Below are positions 39,059-48,108 of a DNA stretch of 54,795 nucleotides, piece by piece. The notes under the pieces were generated by a model. The model worked only from the letters and a program-made list of their open reading frames with translations. It ran no database searches and was not told where the DNA came from. The stretch's first letter is position 1; the number at the start of each line of letters is the position of its first letter. The stretch lies in contig JAICKJ010000001.1 in NCBI GenBank assembly GCA_025928015.1, forward strand, positions 1 through 54,795, in the 5' to 3' direction. A program made the translations under genes and the position numbers. The stretch comes from Thermomicrobiales bacterium. Its GTDB lineage: Bacteria > Chloroflexota > Chloroflexia > Thermomicrobiales > UBA6265.

Positions 39059-40447
39059 ATGACGTTGCGGCGGCTCAAATGGCTGACGATCCTGGCGCCC
39101 CTGCTCTTTCTGGCGGCGCTGGAGCTGCTGCGCGTCTTCGTGCAGCCGGCCCTTTTTCGCGCCTGGCCGGGCTACCTCCTCCTCGCCGGGCTGGTCGTCC
39201 TCGGCACGCTCTTCTTTTCGGAAGCGATCTTCTCCGTCATCGAGCGCTTGCAACGCCAGCTCCGGCGGCAGAACGAGGAGCTGCTCGCGCTCCATGGCGC
39301 CGGGCTGGCCGTCGTCGGCGAGCTCGATCTCGACGCCGTGCTGCAGCGGGTGGTCGATCGCGCCCGGGACCTCGTCGGCGCCCGCTATGGCGCCCTGACC
39401 TACATGCGCGGCGAGGGCGACCGGCCGGCGTTGATCACCTCCGGCATCACGCTGGCCGAACGGCACGCGATCGGGCCGGATCCGGCCGGCCACGGCCTGC
39501 TCGGCCTGGTCCTGCAGGAGGGCCAACGCCTGCGCCTGGCCGATCTGACCCAACACCCGCTCTCGGTCGGTTTTCCGCCGCACCACCCACCGATGAAATC
39601 GCTCCTCGCCGTGCCGATCCGCTCGTCCGGCGGTGTGCTCGGCGATCTCTACCTGACCGAGAAGGTGGGCGCGCCGGAGTTCGACCAGGAGGACGAGGAC
39701 GCGCTCGCCCGCTTCGGGACCGTCGCCGCCATGGCGATCGAGAACGCCGTGCTCCACCATCAGGTGCAGGTGCTGGCCGTCACGCAGGAGCGTGAGCGCA
39801 TCGCCCGTGAGATGCACGACAGCCTCGCCCAGGTGCTTGGCTATGTGAACACGAAGGCCCAGGCGGCGCAGGCGTTACTCGACCGGGGCGAGGAGGTGCG
39901 CGCCTCCGCCCAGATCGGCCAGCTCGCCGAGGCGGCGCGCGCCGCCTACGCCGATGTGCGGGAGGACATCCTCGCGCTGCGCACGTCGCTCGACGATCCG
40001 GAAGGGTTCGTCGGGCCCCTGCGCCAGTACCTGGAACACTGGCAGGACCAGAGCGGGGTCCGCATCACCCTGGACGTGCCGGATGTGCCGCTGCCGCCGA
40101 TCGACTCGATCGCCGAGGTCCAGTTACTGCGGATCATCCAGGAATCGCTCGCCAACGTGCGCAAGCACGCCCGGGCGGATCGGGTCGTGGTCCGCTTGCG
40201 CCCGGCGGATGCCGCGCTGGTCGCCGTGGTGCGGGACAACGGCGCCGGCTTCGACCCCGCGCGGCTCGGGCATTCCGACTTCCCCCGCTTCGGCCTCTCC
40301 ACGATGCGCGAACGGGCCGAGGGCGTCGGCGGCTCGCTGACCGTCGCTTCCGCGCCCGGCGTGGGCACGACCGTCAGTGTCCGCATCCCGGCCGCGACCG
40401 CGGGCGCCATCAATCGAGGAGCATCCTTTGCGCGTACTCATCGCTGA
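39059..40447 (+). CDS. Sensor histidine kinase (2 TM, GAF, HisKA_3)
   Basis: ERERIAREMHDSLAQ; QESLANVRKHA; DNGAGFD; FGLSTMRERA; GFPPHHPPM GAF motif. Confidence 0.93.
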   Translation: MTLRRLKWLTILAPLLFLAALELLRVFVQPALFRAWPGYLLLAGLVVLGTLFFSEAIFSVIERLQRQLRRQNEELLALHGAGLAVVGELDLDAVLQRVVDRARDLVGARYGALTYMRGEGDRPALITSGITLAERHAIGPDPAGHGLLGLVLQEGQRLRLADLTQHPLSVGFPPHHPPMKSLLAVPIRSSGGVLGDLYLTEKVGAPEFDQEDEDALARFGTVAAMAIENAVLHHQVQVLAVTQERERIAREMHDSLAQVLGYVNTKAQAAQALLDRGEEVRASAQIGQLAEAARAAYADVREDILALRTSLDDPEGFVGPLRQYLEHWQDQSGVRITLDVPDVPLPPIDSIAEVQLLRIIQESLANVRKHARADRVVVRLRPADAALVAVVRDNGAGFDPARLGHSDFPRFGLSTMRERAEGVGGSLTVASAPGVGTTVSVRIPAATAGAINRGASFARTHR

Positions 40448-41075
40448 CGACCACGCCCTCTTTCGCGACGGGCTGCGGAGCCTGCTGGAGGCTCGCGGGG
40501 TCGACGTCGTCGCCGAGGCTCGCACCGGCCGGGAAGCGGTCATCCTCACCCGTCAGCACAAGCCCGAGATCGTCCTCATGGATCTGACGATGCCTGAGAT
40601 GAACGGTCTGGACGCGACCCGTCTCATCAGCGCCGAGCTGCCGGATGTCCGCGTGGTCGTGCTCACGGCGTCCGAGGAGGACAACGATCTCTTCGAGGCG
40701 GTCAAGGGCGGCGCGCAGGGGTTCCTGCGCAAGGACCTGGAGGCGGAGACCTTTTTCAGCCTGCTGGAGGGCGTCACCCGGGGCGAGCCGGCCCTGACGC
40801 CGCAGCTCGCTCGCAAGGTCTTGCGCGAGTTCGGCCGCGCCAGCGCCAGGCCCGCGCCGAAACCCGTGGAGACGCTGACCGAGCGGGAGCGCGAAGTGCT
40901 CGAGCTGCTGGTCGAGGGCGTGACCTCCAACCGCGACCTCGCCGCGCGTCTCTTTGTGAGCGAGAACACCATCAAGTATCACCTGCGCAACATCCTGGAC
41001 AAGCTCCACGTCCAGAACCGCGCCCAGGTGATCGCCTACGCGCTGCGCCACGGCCTCGTCGACCCCGCCGGCTAA
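40428..41075 (+). CDS. NarL/LuxR family response regulator
   Basis: TTG start after GAGGAG; IADDHALFRDG; LTEREREVL...SENTIKYHLRNILDKL. Confidence 0.93.
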   Translation: MRVLIADDHALFRDGLRSLLEARGVDVVAEARTGREAVILTRQHKPEIVLMDLTMPEMNGLDATRLISAELPDVRVVVLTASEEDNDLFEAVKGGAQGFLRKDLEAETFFSLLEGVTRGEPALTPQLARKVLREFGRASARPAPKPVETLTEREREVLELLVEGVTSNRDLAARLFVSENTIKYHLRNILDKLHVQNRAQVIAYALRHGLVDPAG

Positions 41076-41151
41076 TCTAGTATTTGCCGCGTACAGACGA
41101 TGATGGATCGATCTATAGGAGGGCAGAGCGCGCCATGCACAGCCAAGGTCA

Positions 41152-41871
41152 CTAGTCTTGCGATGGATGAGCGATGGGTCGCCGAACCCAGTAGTTCTCA
41201 ATGCAAGCTCGAACGGAATCTGCGGCTGCTAGCAAGAGCGCTGCGTCTTCCCGGGTGGGACGAGCTCCCGCATTAAGTGCAGCAACGGCATGAGACGTGT
41301 CTCGATATTCCATCACGCCATTGATGAGATTAATGCGATGAGCCTCGATCAGGCCACTTGCCTGAGCAAGTGCGATTAGCTGAGGCAAACTCAACCTGTT
41401 CCACCGAGGTTCAGCGCCGCTGAATCGAGATTTAGATAGCTCGTTCCACTTCGTGTTGAATCCGTCGTTTGAGCGCATATTGGGATCGCTCAAGACACTG
41501 TACAAGAGACCTTCAATAACACCGGAAGACAGTAGGGCAGAAGCCTTGAACGCACCAGCATTTAGGGCCAACTTCGCCTCAAGATAGTCAGCAGTCAAGA
41601 GTCCACGAAGCTCGTCATCAGGCATGAAAGAGAAACTCGGCTGATCATGGAGAGCAACGGCATCACCATATTCATCAGTCGAAGTATGCGTCGGTGTGCT
41701 GAAGCTCTGCTCGAATTGCATTTGAAGCGCTTCGACTTCTGACACACGAGTAAGGCGAACTAGTCCCCAATAGGTGGCTGATATTGCAGTTACTTCATTG
41801 CCGTCACCAATGTGAAACCCGATGTAGCCCCCTCGAAGGGCATGTCCGCCCAAGTCGCGTAGCAATCTCAA
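41152..41871 (-). CDS. HEPN-like domain protein, probably the 3' part of a broken gene
   Basis: DYLEAKLALNAGAFKASALLSSGVIEGLL...SLPQLI...YRDTSH; lower GC. Confidence 0.6.
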   Translation of the reverse strand: MRLLRDLGGHALRGGYIGFHIGDGNEVTAISATYWGLVRLTRVSEVEALQMQFEQSFSTPTHTSTDEYGDAVALHDQPSFSFMPDDELRGLLTADYLEAKLALNAGAFKASALLSSGVIEGLLYSVLSDPNMRSNDGFNTKWNELSKSRFSGAEPRWNRLSLPQLIALAQASGLIEAHRINLINGVMEYRDTSHAVAALNAGARPTREDAALLLAAADSVRACIENYWVRRPIAHPSQD

Positions 41872-41935
41872 ATCGTTCTGGTGTGGTCTGCCAGTCCAAG
41901 TGCTCTAGAATCATTTCAATTGGAATAGGCTTGCA

Positions 41936-42346
41936 TTAGGAGTAGCGTTCTGTTCGAATCTCACTAAGGCGATTCACGGAGGAAATCAGAGCAAGCTCGT
42001 CCTCTTCTAGCTGGTCCAGATGATCCCAGATCCAAGATTGGTGCCATCTCTCGACGCCTTCACGTCCTGCGCGTGTGAGCAGGAACGGACCATAAGAACG
42101 GGCCCAGAAGCCCTTCACTTCTATTCGGCCTTCTTGGTCCAATACTGATAGAGCCTGCCGAACCGCCGTCATCTCGGGATTGCCTTGATAGCCAGAAGCG
42201 AGGGCAGAATCATCTCCATAAATGCTCTCTGCTACGTCCTCCATCGAGAAACCCTCAAGTCTTATCTCCTTCGACTGCTTATTGAGAGCGATGAGAACAT
42301 CAAGTACCTGGTCGCACCACTCGATAAAGTCCATCTCATCCCTCAT
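41936..42346 (-). CDS. Hypothetical protein (wHTH-like), probably the 5' part of the same broken gene
   Basis: Lower GC; ALSVLDQEGRI...LTRAG; frame stays open past the TAA. Confidence 0.55.
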   Translation of the reverse strand: MRDEMDFIEWCDQVLDVLIALNKQSKEIRLEGFSMEDVAESIYGDDSALASGYQGNPEMTAVRQALSVLDQEGRIEVKGFWARSYGPFLLTRAGREGVERWHQSWIWDHLDQLEEDELALISSVNRLSEIRTERYS

Positions 42347-42518
42347 GAGCCCAATACCAGCTCAGCTGATGCAGAGCAAGACGCCTGATCGCTCGATCTC
42401 CGACGCAATACCGCTTCCCACATTTCTATCGCAATTATGGCTCCGTCTGCATGCAATCGCTCGAAATCAGATTTGGCTGCGTATTGCGAGGTTCGTAGGG
42501 GCAGTCGAATCGCTGGTC

Positions 42519-42536
42519 CCCACCCGTTCGGGTAGG
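42519..42536. promoter_or_regulatory. Putative NarL-family operator (7-2-7 inverted repeat)
   Basis: C-CCACCCG-TT-CGGGTAG-G upstream of the doxX-MCO operon. Confidence 0.5.
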
Positions 42537-42644
42537 CGCCGGCCCACCCCCCAGCCGCCTTCACAAACCACCCGCCCCACCGGGGTTTGCCGCATCCCCG
42601 CCGCCTACGCTTGAGGCAGGCTCGAGCAGGGAGGTCTGCGGGCG

Positions 42645-43073
42645 ATGGGAACGAACTGGCGCGGAGCAGCGCCAACGGTGCCAATCGAACATCTGTTGAC
42701 CGACCTCCGGTTCGCCGGTTTCTGGGCCCTGGTCCGCGTCCTCCTCGGGTGGATGTGGCTGCAGGCCGGTTGGCGGATGGCGCAGGACTCCGGCGGGATG
42801 CATGGCGACCGGCTGGCGTGGATTGTGGGGATCGCCGCCACATTGCTTGGGATCGCCGTCATTCTCGGGTGCCTGACGGGCCCGGCCATTCTCCTGGGAA
42901 GTCTGGTCGTGCTCGTCGCCATCACGCCGCCGGCCCTGCCCGTGGTCGCGCTCCAGCTCGCCGCTGTCGTCGGGCTGGTCGCGGCCCGGCGATCGGCCGG
43001 CTGGATCGGCATCGACCGTTGGTTGCTTCCCCTGCTGTCGGAGTGGCGACGGCATCACAAGACACCGGATTGA
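42645..43073 (+). CDS. DoxX/DoxD-like membrane protein
   Basis: VRVLLGWMWLQAGW...AGWIGIDRWLLP; shorter than usual. Confidence 0.72.
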   Translation: MGTNWRGAAPTVPIEHLLTDLRFAGFWALVRVLLGWMWLQAGWRMAQDSGGMHGDRLAWIVGIAATLLGIAVILGCLTGPAILLGSLVVLVAITPPALPVVALQLAAVVGLVAARRSAGWIGIDRWLLPLLSEWRRHHKTPD

Positions 43074-43132
43074 GACCAGGCGCCGCGCAACCGGCGCGGC
43101 TTGCGCCCTTTTTCGGGATAAGGAGAGAGATC

Positions 43133-44200
43133 GTGGAGTTCCGTACTTCATCGTTTACCCGCCGCAGTTTCGCTGGTCTGCTCGGCCTCGCCGGGCTGGG
43201 CGGCGCCGCCTCGGCCCTCGGCCCGAATACCTCGACGAAGGCCAATCAGGAGCCCGCGTCGCCGCCGGCGCACGACATGGAGATGGGCGCCGCATCGGCC
43301 GCGACCGCACCGTCCGACCAGCCGTCAGCCGACGAGATGGACCGGATGCACGAGGCGGGAATGCGCCTCTTCCCGGCCAGGACCGAAGGGCTCGGCGGGC
43401 AGCCGCTCGCGTACGAAATGGACGGCGACGTCAAGGTCTTTCAGCTCACCTGCAAGGTCGTAAAGTGGGAGTTCGAGCCGGGCAAGTTCATGGATGCCTG
43501 GACCTACAACGGCGTCGTCCCCGGCCCGGAGATTCGCGCCACCGAGGGCGACAAGGTCCGCATCTACGTCAAGAACGAGCTGCCGCAGAGCACCGGCGTC
43601 CACTGGCACGGCTTGATGCTGCCGAACAGCATGGACGGTGTGCCGTTCATGACCCAGCCGCCAATCAAGCCGGGCGGGTCGTTCACCTACGAATTCCAAT
43701 TGCGCGAGGGCAACGCCGGGGCACACATGTACCACGCCCACCACAACTCGGCCTTCCAGGTCACCAATGGCCTGCTCGGCCCCTTCATCGTCGACCCGAA
43801 GGATCGGTCCACCCGGCCGAAGCACGACCGCGAGTACACGCTGGTGCTGAACGACGGTCCGATCGGCGGGTTCAGCATCAACGGCAAGTCCTTCCCGGCC
43901 ACGCATCCACTGACAGCGAAGAAGGGCGAGACCATCCTGATTCGCTACATGAACGAAGGGCTGATGATCCACCCGATGCACCTGCACGGGATGCCGATGA
44001 CCGTCTTCGCCCAGGACGGCTACATGCTGCCGCAGCCCTACATGTGCGACACGCTGAACATCGCGCCGGGCCAGCGCTTCGAGGTGCTCGTCCACGCGAC
44101 CGAGCCCGGCACCTGGGCCTTCCACTGCCACATCCTGAGCCACGCCGAGAGCGAGCATGGCATGTTCGGCATGGTGACCGCGCTCATCGTCGAGCCGTAG
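43133..44200 (+). CDS. Tat-exported two-domain multicopper oxidase
   Basis: TRRSFAG; HWH, HAH, HPMHLH and HCHILSH...GM; GTG start after AAGGAG. Confidence 0.92.
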   Translation: MEFRTSSFTRRSFAGLLGLAGLGGAASALGPNTSTKANQEPASPPAHDMEMGAASAATAPSDQPSADEMDRMHEAGMRLFPARTEGLGGQPLAYEMDGDVKVFQLTCKVVKWEFEPGKFMDAWTYNGVVPGPEIRATEGDKVRIYVKNELPQSTGVHWHGLMLPNSMDGVPFMTQPPIKPGGSFTYEFQLREGNAGAHMYHAHHNSAFQVTNGLLGPFIVDPKDRSTRPKHDREYTLVLNDGPIGGFSINGKSFPATHPLTAKKGETILIRYMNEGLMIHPMHLHGMPMTVFAQDGYMLPQPYMCDTLNIAPGQRFEVLVHATEPGTWAFHCHILSHAESEHGMFGMVTALIVEP

Positions 44201-44235
44201 CGCCGGCGTGCCATACTCGAACCGGTAGACCTGAC

Positions 44236-44271
44236 CGCGACCGGCCCGGCGCCTCCGCCGGGCCGGTCGCG
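44236..44271 (+). other. Perfect 16-bp GC-rich intercistronic hairpin
   Basis: CGCGACCGGCCCGGCG-CCTC-CGCCGGGCCGGTCGCG just before the next RBS. Confidence 0.7.
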
Positions 44272-44281
44272 TGCTGAGGAG

Positions 44282-44758
44282 GTGGTGATGGACCGGCTGA
44301 CGACGGTGATGGTGCGAGCGGCGTTGCTCTGGCTGTTGCTCGGGATCATCCTCGGTGGGGCGATGCTGACCGACCGGCTCTTGCCCGGCGATTGGGTCGT
44401 CTGGTTCGCGCCGACCCACGGGCACATCCTCTTCGTCGGCTGGTTCCTGCAATTCGCGATCGGCATCGCTTACTGGCTGCTGCCGCGCAAGCGGAGCAAC
44501 CCGGCGCGGCCGCTCGGCTACCGCGAGAATCTCGCCTTCGCCGCCGTCGTCGGGCTCAACCTCGGCTTGGCATTGCGGGTGATCGCCGAGCCATTGGAGC
44601 ACGCTGGCCACGCCAGCGATATCACCCTGACATTGCTGACGATCTCCGCGATCCTCCAGATCGCATCCATCGCCACCTTCGTCGTCGAACTCTGGCCCCG
44701 CGTCGCCCCCCGCCGCCCCCGTCCCGCCCCGGAGAAGGCGAGGGCCGCCAGGTCGTGA
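44282..44758 (+). CDS. 4-TM membrane protein with conserved His (heme-copper oxidase subunit I/NnrS-like segment)
   Basis: PTHGHILFVGWFLQFAIGIAYWLLPR; LNLGLALRV. Confidence 0.7.
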   Translation: MVMDRLTTVMVRAALLWLLLGIILGGAMLTDRLLPGDWVVWFAPTHGHILFVGWFLQFAIGIAYWLLPRKRSNPARPLGYRENLAFAAVVGLNLGLALRVIAEPLEHAGHASDITLTLLTISAILQIASIATFVVELWPRVAPRRPRPAPEKARAARS

Positions 44759-44868
44759 TGGTGGCGCGCGAGGTCAAGCAGAACTGCGCGATGCAACAGA
44801 GGGATGTGGGGCGACCTGGCGTGGTCGCCTGCGTCGCCGCCAATCCGTTGCCCTTGCCAATCCCGCCC

Positions 44869-45126
44869 CATCATCCCGAGCGCAGACGAGGAGCCTGCCC
44901 TGAGCCTGCCGAAGGGATCTCCCGCCACAGCGGCTACCGCGGCCAACACGAATGTTGCCTCTTCCCAATCCCTTCATCGTCATGCTGACCAGCGGGAAGC
45001 ATCCCCCGGCGAAGCCGGTCCGCGGAGCGGACAAACGCCCTGCCGGGGAGATGCTTCGACTCTGCTCAGCATGACGACCAAGGAAAGCGCTTCGCGCGGG
45101 GATGCCTCGCTGCGCTCAGAATGACG
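44869..45126. repeat. Composite CGTC-type REP cluster, copy B
   Basis: TCGTCATGCTGA (44977)...TCAGCATGACGA (45077) plus extra arms; shares GCGAAGCCGGTCCGC with copy A (inverted). Confidence 0.8.
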
Positions 45127-45190
45127 GCGTTATGGCTTGCGTAAGCGGGAAACGGATCGATTGCGAGAAGCGGCCGCATGCCGCGCGTCC

Positions 45191-45868
45191 CTACTCGTCC
45201 TCGCCCAGCACCTCGTCGAGCACGGTCCGGATGATGTCGTAACCGTAGCCACGGCGGGCGAGGAAGCCGGAGAGGCGGCGACGCTGGACGTCCGGTTCGA
45301 GACCGCGGTAGGAGGGCGCCTTTTGCTGGGCCAGCGCCAGCGCGTCGGCGTGCTCGTCCACCGCCGCGTCCTCGATCACCTCGTCGATCGTCTCCGTGTC
45401 GATCCCCTTCTGGCGCAGCTCCAGCGACAGCAGCCGCTGCGAGCGCGGGCGGTGCTCCTGCCGGCCCTCGACCCAGCGCCGCGCGAAATCCTCGTCGTCC
45501 AGGTAGTGCCAGTCGCGCAGGCGCGTGATCGTCTGATCGATCGCCGGCGCGTTGTATCCCTTCTGCCGCAGGCGTTGGCGCAGCTCCCGCTCGCTGCGGG
45601 CGCGGTGCGCGAGCAGCCGGAACGCGGCCGTCGTCGCCTGCCGGATCTCGTCCTTCGCCAGCAGGTCCGTCGCGTCCGCCAGCGTCAGCTCAACGCCCTT
45701 CGCCAGCCCGGTCTCGACGACGAGATCGGCGCTGAGCCCGAACGCGAACGCGCCGTCGATGAACAGATTGACCCGTTCCGGGTCGCGCTTCTGGGCGGTC
45801 AGATCGGTGATCGTCCCGGCGACCGGCTCCGGCGGCGTCCGGTCGCGCGGGGCACGCTGGCGGTTCAG
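45191..45868 (-). CDS. recX: Regulatory protein RecX, inferred CTG start
   Basis: ITDLTAQKRDPERVNLFIDGAFAFGL; RSERELRQRL; YLDDEDFAR; ELRQKGID; FLARRGY. Confidence 0.9.
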   Translation of the reverse strand: MNRQRAPRDRTPPEPVAGTITDLTAQKRDPERVNLFIDGAFAFGLSADLVVETGLAKGVELTLADATDLLAKDEIRQATTAAFRLLAHRARSERELRQRLRQKGYNAPAIDQTITRLRDWHYLDDEDFARRWVEGRQEHRPRSQRLLSLELRQKGIDTETIDEVIEDAAVDEHADALALAQQKAPSYRGLEPDVQRRRLSGFLARRGYGYDIIRTVLDEVLGEDE

Positions 45869-46458
45869 TAGTTGACCTCGGTCGGCGCGCCGGCGCCCGC
45901 CGCGCAGAGCGGGCAGTCGTCCGGCTCATAGGAAGGATAGAGGGGATTCAGCAGTCCGTAGACGGTGTGACCGCCGATCTGCTCGTGGGTGGCGTTCCAG
46001 AGCGTGCAGATGCCGATCACCTCGCCCTTGTGCTTCTCGATCTCCTGGTCGAACCAGGTCAGCGTGTCGCCGCTGATGATCAGGTTGTCCGCCAGCAGCA
46101 CGCGCTTGCCCTGGATCAGCCCGAGCAGGTTGTCGGCGACCTTCTTGCCCCCGTCGGGCAACGGTGTCGCGTAGACCACCTTCGCCTTGGGGTCGAGGAA
46201 GTAGGCGATCATCTGCGCCAGCCCCGCGCCCCAGATCGACGGCGCGGCGACCGTGTCCACCTTGTTGATGAAATACTGCTTGGCCAGCGCGTAGGCCATC
46301 CGGCTCGCGGCTTGGGGATCGGCGAGCAGCCGATCGCGATCGACGAGCGCGCCGCTGTGCCGCCCCGACCGGAAGACGAAATGGCCCTCCTGCAGCAATC
46401 GGTCGCGCTTGAGGTAGTCGAGGATCGTCGAATCGAGCATCGTCGCGGCGGATACCAT
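45865..46458 (-). CDS. Phosphoribosyltransferase, divergent PyrE-like
   Basis: EGHFVFRSGRHS; VLLADNLIISGDT; YEPDDCPLC. Confidence 0.8.
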   Translation of the reverse strand: MVSAATMLDSTILDYLKRDRLLQEGHFVFRSGRHSGALVDRDRLLADPQAASRMAYALAKQYFINKVDTVAAPSIWGAGLAQMIAYFLDPKAKVVYATPLPDGGKKVADNLLGLIQGKRVLLADNLIISGDTLTWFDQEIEKHKGEVIGICTLWNATHEQIGGHTVYGLLNPLYPSYEPDDCPLCAAGAGAPTEVNY

Positions 46459-46631
46459 GCGTCCGTCCTCCAATCCGTCTACGGAAGCCACGCTGCCGGT
46501 TGACACAGACGCCCGCGTTTCCGTTCAGCCGGCACACCGATTGTACTTCCCACCGGTGGCGCCTCCTCAACGCGCGACGGCTCCCGGCTCAAGGATGCCA
46601 GCAGGTCTCGGCGGATCTGGCGCGGTCGTGG

Positions 46632-47192
46632 TCAGTCGAGGTCGGCGAAGAGCTCTTCGGGATCGATCACCAAACCGCCGATAACCGTCGAGTGGAACCG
46701 GCCGTCGACCGGCTCGGCATCGTGATAGACGCCATCTTCAAGAACCAGCATCCGGAACGTACGATGCTCGGGATCGGGCAGCCAGTACTCGGGCACGCCG
46801 GCGCTGGCATAGAGCGCCGTCTTGCGGACTTGATCGATCGAAGAGGATGACGGGGAGATGATCTCGACGACAAGGTCGGGCGGTCCCTCGACCACTCCCT
46901 TCGGTTTGTAAATGTTCCGGCGATTGGCTCGAATGAACAGCAGGTCGGGCTCTACGATATTGTGCGGTCCTAATCGGACATCTACCGGAGCGAACACGAG
47001 GTCGCCGAGGCGATGGGCTCGTACATGGGCCCGAACGACTGCGTAAAGTGCTCCGGCCAACAGTTGATGCGCACGACTCGGGGCAGGCGACACGAGCAAC
47101 TCCCCGTTGATGATCTCATAGCGGTTGCGATCGTCCGGCATCTGGCGCAGGTCGTCGTAGGTCAGTGGACGGGCAAGCTGGACTGTCGCCAT
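46632..47192 (-). CDS. Uma2 family endonuclease
   Basis: RYEIINGEL; EPDL; PDLVVEIISPS; GVPEYW. Confidence 0.93.
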   Translation of the reverse strand: MATVQLARPLTYDDLRQMPDDRNRYEIINGELLVSPAPSRAHQLLAGALYAVVRAHVRAHRLGDLVFAPVDVRLGPHNIVEPDLLFIRANRRNIYKPKGVVEGPPDLVVEIISPSSSSIDQVRKTALYASAGVPEYWLPDPEHRTFRMLVLEDGVYHDAEPVDGRFHSTVIGGLVIDPEELFADLD

Positions 47193-47385
47193 GGCGGTCT
47201 CCTTCTCTCTTCGGCATTGTAGCCGGGATCAGCACTCTCGATTCGGCCGGCGCGCCGATAGTACCCCTCGCGATATCGCTCATCGTGGCCCGCGAAACCT
47301 CCGAGAGGTTTCGCGCGTTCCAGAAGCCAAATCCGCCCCGTGCTGCGGGCGGGATCGTGCGTGAGTACCGGAGAGGAGATCGTTC

Positions 47386-48030
47386 ATGACTACGCGATTG
47401 ACGACGAACGGGTGGCGACTCGCCACGATGATCCTGCTGTTCGCGGCCCTGGCACTGCCGGTGCGCGCCGCGGCCGCGCAGCCATCCGCGACCCCGATGC
47501 CGGGACCAGACGCCGACGCCGGCAGCCTGGTGATCGAAGCGGTGCAGAGCCCGGCCGATGAGCCGAGCGTCGAGTATCACGTCACGACTGACTCGCCCTG
47601 GCCGGTCGGCGACGGCTTCGCCGCCGCGGCGTTCGAGTTCACGCTGAATGGGCCGAACGGCGACCAGCCGGTCAGCACCTCCGACCAGGCGCCCGGCGGC
47701 CTGACGACGATCAACCTCCTCGCCGGCGACTACACGCTGACGGACAACGACAGCGGCGCCTCCGTCAGCTTCACGATCACCGCCGGCGCCACGACCTACG
47801 TCGCGGCCGCCCGCTTCTACGTCTCGAACCCGGCCCCGCCGCCGACCGCGCCGGCCCAGGCGGCGACCCCGGTGCCCAACAGCGGCGGTCAGACCGCGAC
47901 CACGCTGCCGACGACCGGCAGCGGTCCGGACTCCTCCAGCATCGCCAACGCTGGCATCATCCTCTTCCTGCTGGCGCTCGCCGCGCTGATGGCCACCGCC
48001 GCCATCGCCCGCGTCCGCCGCGTCCGTTAG
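47386..48030 (+). CDS. Secreted LPXTG-anchored surface protein
   Basis: Signal peptide; beta-rich domain; P/T linker; LPTTG followed by TM and RVRRVR. Confidence 0.82.
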   Translation: MTTRLTTNGWRLATMILLFAALALPVRAAAAQPSATPMPGPDADAGSLVIEAVQSPADEPSVEYHVTTDSPWPVGDGFAAAAFEFTLNGPNGDQPVSTSDQAPGGLTTINLLAGDYTLTDNDSGASVSFTITAGATTYVAAARFYVSNPAPPPTAPAQAATPVPNSGGQTATTLPTTGSGPDSSSIANAGIILFLLALAALMATAAIARVRRVR

Positions 48031-48063
48031 TTTTGCTGCTGAACGCAGTGGGCATGCACCTTT

Positions 48064-48105
48064 CTCCCCTCTCCCAGAATTGGGGGAGGGGCTGGGGGGG
48101 AGGGC
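48064..48105. repeat. CCCTC-rich palindromic repeat, copy 1
   Basis: CCCCTCTCCCAGAATTGGGGGAGGGG hairpin; reverse complement resembles 50101-50142. Confidence 0.65.
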
Positions 48106-48108
48106 TCT

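Noticed and set aside
33290..42500. Prophage or integrative element
   Set aside because: No integrase, transposase, att repeats or phage genes; the lower-GC patches are interleaved with native-looking genes
44869..45126. CRISPR array or tRNA
   Set aside because: Repeats are inverted and irregular with no spacers or cas genes; no cloverleaf or TTCRA arm in context
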